Source: Desulfatiglandales bacterium
Lineage (GTDB): Bacteria > Desulfobacterota > DSM-4660 > Desulfatiglandales > Desulfatiglandaceae
Reading direction: 5' to 3'
Length of the DNA stretch: 64,000 nucleotides
NCBI GenBank assembly: GCA_963662465.1
Contig: OY759599.1
Coordinates: forward strand, 5,056,001 to 5,120,000
Shown: piece after piece, positions 8,418-17,675 of the stretch
Numbering within the stretch: position 1 is the stretch's first letter
Layout: every line of letters begins with the position of its first letter
Program-made: the position numbers and the translations under genes
Notes under the pieces: model-generated
The model's input: the letters and a program-made list of their open reading frames with translations, nothing else
Told to the model about the DNA's origin: nothing
The model's database searches: none

Positions 8418-10501
8418 TACAGATAACAATTGATGACCAACAATTACAGGTGGAAAACGGAAAAACCGTCCTTGAAGCGGCCCTTGATGCCGGAATCTAT
8501 ATTCCCAATTTATGCTATCATCCCGATTTACCCCCCCTGGGAGCATGTCGTTTATGCCTGGTCGAAATTGATGGAATGCGAGGATTGCCGCCGGCCTGTA
8601 CCACTTATGCATCTGAAGGGATGATGGTTCGTACCAATACGGCACAACTTCAGGAATTTCGGAAAAATATTATCTGGTTATTATTAAGCGACCACCCCAA
8701 AGACCTGGCGGAATCATCCCAGTTTAAAAAAGTGGTTGACTGGGTGGGGAAAAAAGATCTTTTGCCGGGCCATGTTTCACAACCCAGAAAACTGCCGGCA
8801 ATCCCACAGGATGAACCCGTTTATATTCGCGATCTGGCGCGCTGCATCCTATGCGAACGTTGTATCAGGATGTGTCAGGAAGTCCGGGGCATTGGCGCCA
8901 TTGGTTTAATTAATCGAGGCATTAAAACCTATGTGGGAACCCAGACGAATGTGCCAATCATGGATTCCGGGTGTAAATTCTGTGAAGCCTGCGTTGAAGT
9001 CTGTCCCACCGGGGCCTTAAGGGATAAAACATCCTTCACCCAAGAGGAACGCGAAACCCACATTCTGCCCTGCACAAACACCTGTCCAGCCGGGATCGAC
9101 GTGGCGCGCTATGTCCGTCTGATTGCCGAAGGCCGTTATCAGGATGCCATTGAAGTGATTCGTGAAACCGTGCCTCTTCCCTATACCCTGGGCTGTGTTT
9201 GTCCGCACCCATGCGAAGAGGCATGTCGGAGAGGCGAGGTCAACGAGGCCATCAGCATCCGTGCGTTGAAGAAATTTGCGGCGGAACGCGACACGGGGCG
9301 TTGGCGCGAAAAACTTAAAATCCTCCCCGATACCGGCAAAAAAGTTGCGATTATCGGCTCAGGGCCGGCCGGATTGACCGCCGCCTGGTTTATCAGAAAG
9401 AAAGGCCATGCGGTTACAATTTTTGAATCCTTATCCAAAGGCGGCGGAACCATGCGGATTGGAATCCCTGAATATCGTCTGCCCCGTCATGTTCTGGATC
9501 AGGAAATCAAAGACATTGAGAATATCGGGGTGGAATTCCGTTACAATACAAGGGTTGAATCTCTCAACGATCTCTTTGACCAGGGATTTAACGCCATCTT
9601 TCTGGGGATGGGAGCGATTCAGGGCACCACCATGGGAATTCCGGGCGAAGAGGATCCGCGCGTATTGAACGGTCTGTCAGTGTTGCGGGAAATTAACATC
9701 GAAGGAAAATCCGAATTGAAAGGCCGGATAGCCGTGGTCGGCGGTGGAAACGTGGCCATTGACGTGGCACGTTGCGGCTTGCGTGTGGGCGCGGAACAGG
9801 TGACCATGCTGTACCGGCGCACGCGTCAGGAAATGCCCGCTTCACCGGAGGAAGTCGAGGCCGCTTTGAATGAAGGGGTTAAAATCGACTTTCTGGTGGC
9901 CCCCATTCGCGTCATCGCCCGAGACGATTGTCTGCAAGTCGAATGTATCCGCATGGAATTGGGGGAACCCGATGCCGGCGGTCGCCGTCGTCCGGTTCCC
10001 ATTGAAGGCAGCGAATTCATTTTAGAGGTTGATCGATTTATCATGGCCATCGGGCAAAAATCGGTCATTCCCAACAACTTTGGCATCACGCTGGACAGGC
10101 GCGGATATATCCGGGCCGACAATACCAGAGCCGTTCCACGAAAAAGAGTGTTTACGGGCGGCGACGTGATGAGCGGCCCGGCAACGGTTATTGAGGCTGT
10201 TCAAGCCGGAAGGGAAGCCGCCTCGGAGATTGACAAACATCTGGGGGGCACAGGCGACATTTTGCAGCGCTTCATTCCCGAAGAACAGGAAAATCCATTT
10301 CTCGGCCGAGATGAAGGATTTGCCTATCAACCACGGATGCATGAAGAGATGACGCCGGTAAAGGAGTGTCTGAAAGGCTTTGGCGAGGTTGAACATGCGT
10401 TCGATGAAAAAACGGCCCTGGCGGAAGCGAAACGCTGTTTGCACTGCCAACTGCGCTTGACGATTTCCAAAGTACCGATGCCGCCTGAAAAATCGGAGTA
10501 G
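8414..10501 (+). CDS. NuoG-N-terminal Fe-S domain fused to GltD/NfnB-like FAD/NADPH oxidoreductase
   Basis: IPNLC...GACRLCLVE, CILCERC, PCTNTCP, GSGPAG, GGGNVA, YRR. Confidence 0.85.
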   Translation: MIQITIDDQQLQVENGKTVLEAALDAGIYIPNLCYHPDLPPLGACRLCLVEIDGMRGLPPACTTYASEGMMVRTNTAQLQEFRKNIIWLLLSDHPKDLAESSQFKKVVDWVGKKDLLPGHVSQPRKLPAIPQDEPVYIRDLARCILCERCIRMCQEVRGIGAIGLINRGIKTYVGTQTNVPIMDSGCKFCEACVEVCPTGALRDKTSFTQEERETHILPCTNTCPAGIDVARYVRLIAEGRYQDAIEVIRETVPLPYTLGCVCPHPCEEACRRGEVNEAISIRALKKFAAERDTGRWREKLKILPDTGKKVAIIGSGPAGLTAAWFIRKKGHAVTIFESLSKGGGTMRIGIPEYRLPRHVLDQEIKDIENIGVEFRYNTRVESLNDLFDQGFNAIFLGMGAIQGTTMGIPGEEDPRVLNGLSVLREINIEGKSELKGRIAVVGGGNVAIDVARCGLRVGAEQVTMLYRRTRQEMPASPEEVEAALNEGVKIDFLVAPIRVIARDDCLQVECIRMELGEPDAGGRRRPVPIEGSEFILEVDRFIMAIGQKSVIPNNFGITLDRRGYIRADNTRAVPRKRVFTGGDVMSGPATVIEAVQAGREAASEIDKHLGGTGDILQRFIPEEQENPFLGRDEGFAYQPRMHEEMTPVKECLKGFGEVEHAFDEKTALAEAKRCLHCQLRLTISKVPMPPEKSE

Positions 10502-10605
10502 CCCCCCCCTCAATTCAACGTGGTGCAAGCGATAATATCGCTTGCACTCCAACTAAATCTACCCTCCTCCCCCTTATATCGAAATTTTAGGTGCTCTATA
10601 ATTCA

Positions 10606-10635
10606 TTGACACAATGGCAACAGATTCCGTATAGT
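10606..10635 (+). promoter_or_regulatory. Candidate sigma70 promoter of hdrCBA-mvhD-metVF
   Basis: TTGACA (10606-10611), 18 nt spacer, TATAGT (10630-10635). Confidence 0.55.
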
Positions 10636-10682
10636 CTGCCTCCAAAAAATGAAAGTCCCCTATCTTTTAAGGAGCCGTCAGA

Positions 10683-11309
10683 ATGAAGCCCCCCGTACTG
10701 GTGTACAAAAAAGAGAGAAGTCGTAGAATCGTTGATGAGGTAATCAAACGATCCGGCCAAAACATATTGGCCTGTTACCAATGCAGACGATGCGCTGCCG
10801 GCTGTCCGGTAGGCGACGACGCGGGCATGACACCGGATCATTTGATTCGACTGATTATCATGGGTGACCGAAATGCTGCATTGCAAAGCCAATTGGTCTG
10901 GAAGTGTGTTTCCTGCTACACCTGCGGCACCCGATGTCCCAATGAGATCCACACCGCCAGGGTGACCGAAACCTTGAAAAAAATGGCCAAGGAAGAACAT
11001 CTGGCGCCATTGTCCCCAAAGGTCAAGACTTTCCACGATGCTTTTTGTACGGCGGCCAAGCATATGGGCAGGGTCAATGAAATGGAATTCATGGGTCTAT
11101 ATGAAATGCAGAATACACTCCATGAATTGTCAAAGGCAAACTTAAAGGGGATTGTCAAAGAATTGAAAAGTCAGGCCAAAATGGGACTCGCCATGACCCA
11201 AAAAAAGCGAATGCATTTTGGTGTTGAGAAAGTCAAAGACAGCTCGGAACTGAAACGCCTTTTCAAAATTGCCGAAAATAAGAAAGCCGATCAGAAATCA
11301 CAAACCTGA
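10683..11309 (+). CDS. hdrC: Heterodisulfide reductase subunit C-like
   Basis: CYQCRRCAAGCP and WKCVSCYTCGTRCP. Confidence 0.88.
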   Translation: MKPPVLVYKKERSRRIVDEVIKRSGQNILACYQCRRCAAGCPVGDDAGMTPDHLIRLIIMGDRNAALQSQLVWKCVSCYTCGTRCPNEIHTARVTETLKKMAKEEHLAPLSPKVKTFHDAFCTAAKHMGRVNEMEFMGLYEMQNTLHELSKANLKGIVKELKSQAKMGLAMTQKKRMHFGVEKVKDSSELKRLFKIAENKKADQKSQT

Positions 11310-11322
11310 ACAAGAGGTCAAA

Positions 11323-12198
11323 ATGAATATCGCCTATTTTCCGGGATGCACTCTGCACGCATCCAGCAAGCTCTATGATGTTCAATCAAAACTGGTCCTC
11401 AATAAGCTGGACGTCCAACTGAAGGAACTGGATGATTGGAACTGCTGCGGCGCCACGTCGGCGAGCAAAACCGATGACTTTCTGGCCATGGCCATGCCCG
11501 CCAGGAATTTGGGTATCGCGGATCATATGGGATTGAGTCATCTCGTTATCCCCTGCTCCGCCTGTTACAGCCGAATGCGGGTTGCTAAAAAAAGGCTTGA
11601 ATCGGACGAGCCCTTAAAGAAAGAGATTAACGGTGAACTCAAGAAAAAAGTAACGGGAAAAACAGAAATTATCAGTATCCTGGAGCTGCTGGTTTCTCTC
11701 ATGGGGACCCGTGAATGGAAAATGAATACACACAAGTACCTCAGGACCTTGAGGCCCGCCTGCTATTACGGATGTATGCAAACGCGCTTTCCCGTTGATC
11801 TCCACGTCCCTGATAATGTTGAAAACCCCCAGAGCATGGAGTTTATATTAAGGGCACTTGGCGCCAGGCCTATCGACTGGAGCTATAAAACAGACTGTTG
11901 CGGGGCATCAGCGTCGGTCAATGATCCGGATTTGGCCCATGGCCTGATGGCGAACATCATGCGGGATGCCATCGCCAGGGAGGCGGATTGTTTCGTCACA
12001 TCCTGCCCCATGTGTCAGCTCAACCTGGACGCCTATCAGGAACAGCTAAGGAAAACCCACAATATCGGTAAAAGCATGCCGGTATATTTGATTACCGAAT
12101 TGGTGGGCCTGGCCATGGGCATGGAACCTGAAGAACTTCAAATTGATCGTCATTTTGTGGATGCGGTCGGTCGCGTGAAGGAGCTGCCGTTATTATGA
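11323..12198 (+). CDS. hdrB: Heterodisulfide reductase subunit B-like
   Basis: YFPGC, WNCCGA, CSAC, YYGC, CCGA, CPMC (two CCG domains); start at MNIAYFPGC after GAGG. Confidence 0.88.
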   Translation: MNIAYFPGCTLHASSKLYDVQSKLVLNKLDVQLKELDDWNCCGATSASKTDDFLAMAMPARNLGIADHMGLSHLVIPCSACYSRMRVAKKRLESDEPLKKEINGELKKKVTGKTEIISILELLVSLMGTREWKMNTHKYLRTLRPACYYGCMQTRFPVDLHVPDNVENPQSMEFILRALGARPIDWSYKTDCCGASASVNDPDLAHGLMANIMRDAIAREADCFVTSCPMCQLNLDAYQEQLRKTHNIGKSMPVYLITELVGLAMGMEPEELQIDRHFVDAVGRVKELPLL

Positions 12199-15100
12199 GT
12201 AAAATCCCCTTTGAAAACATGAAAAAACGTGGCTCGGTGTTGATCGTGGGCGGCGGCATCGGCAGCATGCAGGCCGCGCTTGATTTAGCCAACAGCGGCT
12301 TTAAGATACACATGATCCAAAAGGATTCCTCTCTGGGAGGCGCCATGGCCATGTTGGATAAAACGTTTCCCACCGGGGATTGCGCCATGTGCATGCTCTC
12401 CCCGAAACTGGTGGAAGTGGGAAGACATCTCAATATTGATCTGCACACCCTGACGGAGGTGGTTTCGGTTCAGGGCGTCCCCGGTGATTTTACCGTCAGG
12501 CTGAAACGTCGCCCGCGCTATGTGGATACCGAAAAGTGTACCGGTTGCGGGCTTTGCGAGGAAAAATGTCCCAAAAAAGTCGTCAGTGAATACGATCAGG
12601 GGTTAGACGTCCGTAAAGCCATTTACGCCCTGTTTCCCCAGGCGTTTCCCAGCACGCGCCTCATCGATAAAGATTACTGCATCTATTTTCAAAAAGGCAA
12701 ATGCCGAGCATGCGAAAAGCTTTGCCCTTCGGGGGCCATTGATTTTGAACAAAAAGAGGAAGAATTTGAACTTCATGCCGGCGCCATTATTTTGGGACCC
12801 GGCCTTGATCGATACGATCCGACGGTTAGACCTGAACTGGGATTTGGCCGATATCCCAATGTGGTAACGTCGATCCAATTTGAGAGGATACTGTCGGCAT
12901 CAGGTCCTTATGTGGGAGAAGTCAAACGACCCGGCGACGGAAAACATCCTCGAAAAGTCGCATGGATTCAATGCGTGGGCTCTCGCGACAACAACAACGC
13001 AAATCCATGGTGTTCTTCCGTTTGCTGCATGTATGCCACCAAACAGGCCATCATCGCCCGAGAGCATGACGGCAGCATCGAGCCGACTATTTTTTACATG
13101 GAAATGAGGGCCTTTGGAAAAGAGTTCGATCGCTATGTGGATCGGGCTAAAAATGAGTACCAGGTGCATTATCAACGCGCCATGATTTCCGCTGTCAGGG
13201 ATGAAGTGGGAACGGGAAATCTGATCCTTCGGTATGCAAAGGAAGACGGAGAACTCATTAATGAGACCTTTGACATGGTGGTATTGTCCGTGGGTCTCCA
13301 ACCTCGCAAAGACGCCGGGGATTTTGCCAAAATTTTCGGGATTGAACCCAACCCATACGGTTTCGCCAAAACGTCGCCGTTTCAACCGGTGGATACCTCC
13401 AAACCGGGTATCTATGTGACTGGAACCTATCAGGGGCCCAAGGATATTCCCGAGACGGTAACCCAGGGCAGCGCTGTTGCGGGACGGGCCATGGGCCTGC
13501 TGGCGGATGCACGGGGAACCGAAACGGTAGTAAAGGAATTGCCCCCGGAAACAGATGTTTCCCATGAAGACCCCAAAATCGGCGTTTTTGTATGCCACTG
13601 CGGCGTTAATATCGCAAAAACTGTTGATATTCCAACGGTTTTAGCGGACGTAAAAACACAGGCCAATGTGGTTCATGCCGAAAATCTCTTGTACGCATGT
13701 TCCCAGGACAGTCAAGATAAAATCAAGGCCCTGGTAAGAACCCTGGGGCTCAATCGGATTGTTGTGGCAAGCTGTACCCCCAGAACCCATGAGCCTTTGT
13801 TTCAGGAAACCATTCGGGATGCGGGCTTGAACAAATATCTTTTCGACCTTGCCGACATCAGGGAACAGTGCGCCTGGTGTCACATCGGGCAGAAGGAAAA
13901 GGCTACCCAAAAGGCCAAAAAGATTATTAGGATGAGCATTGCCAAGAGCCGAAAGCTTTTGCCCGTGCAATCCGATTCGGTGCCGGTCAACGCTTCCGCC
14001 CTGGTGATTGGCGGAGGGATAGCTGGTTTGACCGCATCCCTGGCCCTGGCTGATCAGGGATTTGTCGTTCATTTGGTGGAAAAGGAAAATCAACTGGGAG
14101 GTTTGTGTACTCAGGTATTCAGAACCCTGGACAATCAAGACGTTCAGTTTTTTTTGAAAAATAAGGTCGCGGAAGTCAACGCTCATCCAAAAATTATTAC
14201 TTACATGGGAACAACGGTCAAAAACACAGATGGTTTCGTGGGAAATTTCGTAACCCAATTGACCGACGGCGCCTCTTTTGAACACGGGGCCGTTATTGTC
14301 GCCACCGGAGGCAGGTTTTATGTCCCCACCGAATACGGCTACGGTTCAGACAGACGCATTCTGACCCAGAGGGAACTTGAGAAAAATCTCTCTCAAACAC
14401 CCGCCAAGCCTTCAGATACCTATGTGATGATTCAGTGTGTGGGTTCACGGGAGGAACCCAACCAGTACTGTTCCCGAATCTGCTGCCAGGATGCCGTCAA
14501 AAACGCCATTGAGATCAAGGAAAAGGCTCCGGAAGCCCAAGTGTTTGTTTTATACCGGGACATCAGGACCTACGGCTTGAGGGAAGAATATTATCGAATG
14601 GCACGTGACTTGGGCGTGGTTTTTATTCGTTACGACGTGGATCGAAAACCCTTCGTTTCTCCCGGCCCCTGGGGAATAAAGGTGGAAACCTTTGACCCCA
14701 TGCTCAACAGGGACGTGGAACTGCATGCGGACTATTTGGTCCTTTCCACGGGCATCAGGCCTCACCCTTCCACGGAAACAATCGGCAAATTGTATAAACT
14801 GACCGTTAACGCCGACGGCTATTTTCTGGAAGCGCACGTAAAGCTGAGACCCGTTGATTTTCCGTCCGAGGGCATATTTGTCTGCGGTTTGGCGCATGCG
14901 CCCAAAAACCTTGACGAAGGCATCAGCCAGGCTTTGGCGGCGGCGGGAAGGGCTTCGGTGTTGCTATCCAAGGATTCCCTGAGCGTTTCCGGCACCGTAG
15001 CAAAACATAATCGGGATATCTGCATGTCGTGTCTGACCTGCCTGAGGATTTGCCCGTTTGGGTCTCCGTATATCGATGAAGACGGGAAAATTTCCCACAA

Positions 15101-15251
15101 CGAAGTCAAGTGCATGGGATGCGGCATATGTGCAGGGATTTGTCCGGCCAAGGCTTTTCAAGTGAATAACTTCAAGGACGATCAGATTGTGGCCATGATC
15201 GATGCGTTGACGGAGCCTGAAACATTCAAAGCCGCGGGCAACTTCGCTTAG
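12195..15251 (+). CDS. hdrA: Large HdrA-like flavoprotein with two FAD domains
   Basis: GGGIG, LDKTFPTGDCAMC, QCVGSR twice, VFVCHCG, terminal ferredoxin. Confidence 0.9.
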   Translation: MSKIPFENMKKRGSVLIVGGGIGSMQAALDLANSGFKIHMIQKDSSLGGAMAMLDKTFPTGDCAMCMLSPKLVEVGRHLNIDLHTLTEVVSVQGVPGDFTVRLKRRPRYVDTEKCTGCGLCEEKCPKKVVSEYDQGLDVRKAIYALFPQAFPSTRLIDKDYCIYFQKGKCRACEKLCPSGAIDFEQKEEEFELHAGAIILGPGLDRYDPTVRPELGFGRYPNVVTSIQFERILSASGPYVGEVKRPGDGKHPRKVAWIQCVGSRDNNNANPWCSSVCCMYATKQAIIAREHDGSIEPTIFYMEMRAFGKEFDRYVDRAKNEYQVHYQRAMISAVRDEVGTGNLILRYAKEDGELINETFDMVVLSVGLQPRKDAGDFAKIFGIEPNPYGFAKTSPFQPVDTSKPGIYVTGTYQGPKDIPETVTQGSAVAGRAMGLLADARGTETVVKELPPETDVSHEDPKIGVFVCHCGVNIAKTVDIPTVLADVKTQANVVHAENLLYACSQDSQDKIKALVRTLGLNRIVVASCTPRTHEPLFQETIRDAGLNKYLFDLADIREQCAWCHIGQKEKATQKAKKIIRMSIAKSRKLLPVQSDSVPVNASALVIGGGIAGLTASLALADQGFVVHLVEKENQLGGLCTQVFRTLDNQDVQFFLKNKVAEVNAHPKIITYMGTTVKNTDGFVGNFVTQLTDGASFEHGAVIVATGGRFYVPTEYGYGSDRRILTQRELEKNLSQTPAKPSDTYVMIQCVGSREEPNQYCSRICCQDAVKNAIEIKEKAPEAQVFVLYRDIRTYGLREEYYRMARDLGVVFIRYDVDRKPFVSPGPWGIKVETFDPMLNRDVELHADYLVLSTGIRPHPSTETIGKLYKLTVNADGYFLEAHVKLRPVDFPSEGIFVCGLAHAPKNLDEGISQALAAAGRASVLLSKDSLSVSGTVAKHNRDICMSCLTCLRICPFGSPYIDEDGKISHNEVKCMGCGICAGICPAKAFQVNNFKDDQIVAMIDALTEPETFKAAGNFA

Positions 15252-15279
15252 GCTATAGATCAATAAGGAGTATTCAGTT

Positions 15280-15771
15280 ATGGTTGAACCATCCGGACAA
15301 GCAACCCGGGAAGTCGATCCGGGGCTGGAAACGCCCCATGAAAACCCCGCTGAATGGGAGCCGAATGTGCTGGCCTTTGCCTGTCACTATTGCGCGTTTG
15401 CCGCCGCGGATCTGGCGGGGGTCATGAGGCTCAGTTATCCAACCAACGTAAAAATCATTCGACTCCCCTGCACCGGGAAACTGGACCATTTTTACGTGCT
15501 TCGGGCCTTCGAAAGGGGCCTGGACGGCGTTTTTGTAACGGGTTGACTCCAGGGACAATGTCATTTCCTGGAGGGAAATACAAATGCCGCAAAACGCATC
15601 GCCTATATTAAAACGCTTCTGCCCCAAGTGGGAATTGATCCCCAAAGAGTGGAAATGTACAACCTGTCCGCTGCCATGGGACCCAGATGGACGGAAATCT
15701 GCACGGAATTCACCGAAAAAATAAGAAAGCTGGGTCCATCCCCTATTTGGTGGGCCGACCAAAGGCATTAA
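15280..15771 (+). CDS. mvhD: MvhD-like [2Fe-2S] subunit, selenoprotein (TGA 15544-15546 = Sec89)
   Basis: CHYC...PCTG...; read-through gives G-U-LQGQCHFLEGN...GPSP, the conserved GCxxGxCH motif, ending at TAA 15769-15771; hairpin directly after TGA. Confidence 0.88.
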
Positions 15772-15790
15772 GCATAAGGAGTCACCGGCA

Positions 15791-16459
15791 ATGATCGTTG
15801 GAAAACAAAAACCCCTGGATGAAATTTGGAATATGATCAAGGACTACAAAAGAGTCCTTGTTTTTGGCTGTAACACCTGTGTGGCCATTTGTCATGAGGG
15901 CGGAAATAAGGAGGCCGAAATTTTAGGCTCCCTTCTTCGCATGAAGGCCAAGCAGGCGGCAGTAGATATCACAATAGAAACGAATGGCATCGAACGTCAG
16001 TGCGAACATGAATATTTTGAACAGGTCATGGCGCCCATTGAAGAATCCGATGCGGTCCTCTCCCTCGCCTGCGGCGCGGGCGTTCAGTTCCTGGGAGAAA
16101 AATTTCCCCAAAAAATCGTGCTTCCCGGGCTCAACACCACCTTTATCGGCGTTGTGGATGCCCCGGGAGAATTCAGTGAGAGATGCCTTATGTGCGGGGA
16201 TTGCATCCTGCACTTGACGGGTGGCATATGCCCCATTACCCGATGCTCGAAATCACTCATGAACGGCCCCTGCGGCGGCACCAACAAAGGGAGTTGTGAA
16301 ATCAACCCGGACATCCCCTGTGCCTGGTACATGATCCATGAAAGACTGGAAGCTCAGGGACGAAGCCATTTAATTGATGTTTTCATTCCACCCAAAGATT
16401 GGGCAACATCGAGGGATGGCGGTCCCAGAAGACAGATCAGGGAGGATTTATCAAAATGA
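15791..16459 (+). CDS. metV: MetV, Fe-S/Zn partner of methylene-THF reductase
   Basis: GCNTC, RQCE, CLMCGDC, CPITRCSKSLMNGPCGG, CAW. Confidence 0.88.
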   Translation: MIVGKQKPLDEIWNMIKDYKRVLVFGCNTCVAICHEGGNKEAEILGSLLRMKAKQAAVDITIETNGIERQCEHEYFEQVMAPIEESDAVLSLACGAGVQFLGEKFPQKIVLPGLNTTFIGVVDAPGEFSERCLMCGDCILHLTGGICPITRCSKSLMNGPCGGTNKGSCEINPDIPCAWYMIHERLEAQGRSHLIDVFIPPKDWATSRDGGPRRQIREDLSK

Positions 16460-17388
16460 GTAATTTTAAGTCCGGCAGCAATCTGGAAAAAATACTGAAA
16501 TCGGGACAATTTGCCTTTACCGGAGAATGCGGACCGCCCGAAGGTGCCGACGTGGAACATCTCAGGGAAAAGGCTCGCCATTTGAAGGGAAATGTGGATG
16601 CCGTAAATGTAACCGATAACCAGACCGCGGTGGTGAGGATGTCAAGCTGGGCCGCGTCCTTGATTCTGATGGAAGAAGGATTGGAACCCAATTTTCAGAT
16701 GGTCTGCCGAGACAGAAATCGTCTGGCCATACAAAGTGATGTTCTGGGAGTTTACGCTCACGGCATCAAGAATATGCTTTGCCTGTCCGGGGACCACCAG
16801 AAATTTGGAGACCACCCTCAGGCCAAGAATGTGTTTGATATCGACTCCATGCAGTTGATCCATACGGTCAAAACCATGAGAGACGAGGGGAAATTCCTTA
16901 GCGGCAAGGATATTCAGGTTCCGCCTCGATTATTCATAGGCGCCGCTTCGAATCCCTTTGCCGAACCCGTTGCTTTTCGCGTGCGCCGACTGGCCAAAAA
17001 GATTTCAGTAGGGGCTGACTTCATTCAAACCCAATGCATATACAACATGGACAAATTCAGGGCGTTCATGAAACAGGCCGTGGATATGGGGCTTCACGAA
17101 AAATGTTACATCCTTGCGGGTATCACCCCCATGAAAAGCGTTGGAATGGCGCGTTACATGGCCAACAATGTGCCCGGCATGGATGTGCCGGACAGTCTCA
17201 TTGACAGGCTGAAGGGGGCCGGTAAAGGCAAAGCCGCCGAAGAAGGCATCCGGTACGCCCTTGAGCAAATAGAAACGTTGAAGGAAATGGAAGGCGTTGC
17301 CGGCGTCCATCTGATGGCCATCGAATGGGAACACAGGGTCCCCGAAATCGCTGAAAGGGCCGGAATGCTGCCGCGGCCTCTGCTCTGA
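16456..17388 (+). CDS. metF: Methylenetetrahydrofolate reductase
   Basis: ECGPP, VNVTDNQ, CRDRNR, GDH, GADFIQTQ; ATG 16456 overlaps metV stop (ATGA). Confidence 0.9.
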   Translation: MSNFKSGSNLEKILKSGQFAFTGECGPPEGADVEHLREKARHLKGNVDAVNVTDNQTAVVRMSSWAASLILMEEGLEPNFQMVCRDRNRLAIQSDVLGVYAHGIKNMLCLSGDHQKFGDHPQAKNVFDIDSMQLIHTVKTMRDEGKFLSGKDIQVPPRLFIGAASNPFAEPVAFRVRRLAKKISVGADFIQTQCIYNMDKFRAFMKQAVDMGLHEKCYILAGITPMKSVGMARYMANNVPGMDVPDSLIDRLKGAGKGKAAEEGIRYALEQIETLKEMEGVAGVHLMAIEWEHRVPEIAERAGMLPRPLL

Positions 17389-17395
17389 TAGGCAT

Positions 17396-17450
17396 CCCGC
17401 CCTTCATCCCCGCAACCTTGGTTTTTTATGCCGGGGTGCGGGTTTTTTTT
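17396..17450 (+). terminator. Probable intrinsic terminator after metF
   Basis: CCCGC..CATCCCCG / CGGGGTGCGGG imperfect stem followed by T8. Confidence 0.6.
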
Positions 17451-17503
17451 GACCCAACGCCAAAAAAATACAATGGTTTTTTTTACGGAAATCCAATTTT
17501 TTC

Positions 17504-17545
17504 TTGACACGTAGTTACGATGTAGCTAGATTGTGATCACATCGT
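17504..17545 (+). promoter_or_regulatory. Sigma70-type promoter of bam operon with overlapping palindromes
   Basis: TTGACA 17504-17509, 17 nt, TAGATT 17527-17532; palindrome TGTGATCACA 17532-17541; ACGATGT/ACATCGT inverted pair. Confidence 0.55.
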
Positions 17546-17675
17546 ACCGGGTATCATCGATAATTTCATATCAGTATTAACGGTTTAGGTGAAGGTTGCG
17601 TCGAATTAAGCGCCTGCAACTCATGATGAGCCAAAAGCATGTGGCGGATTCAGGTAATTTAGAAGGGGAAGAAAA

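Noticed and set aside
6190..10501. Calling these genes nuoEFG of complex I or a hydrogenase
   Set aside because: No membrane nuo subunits and no H-cluster or NiFe motifs; third subunit is GltD/NfnB-like
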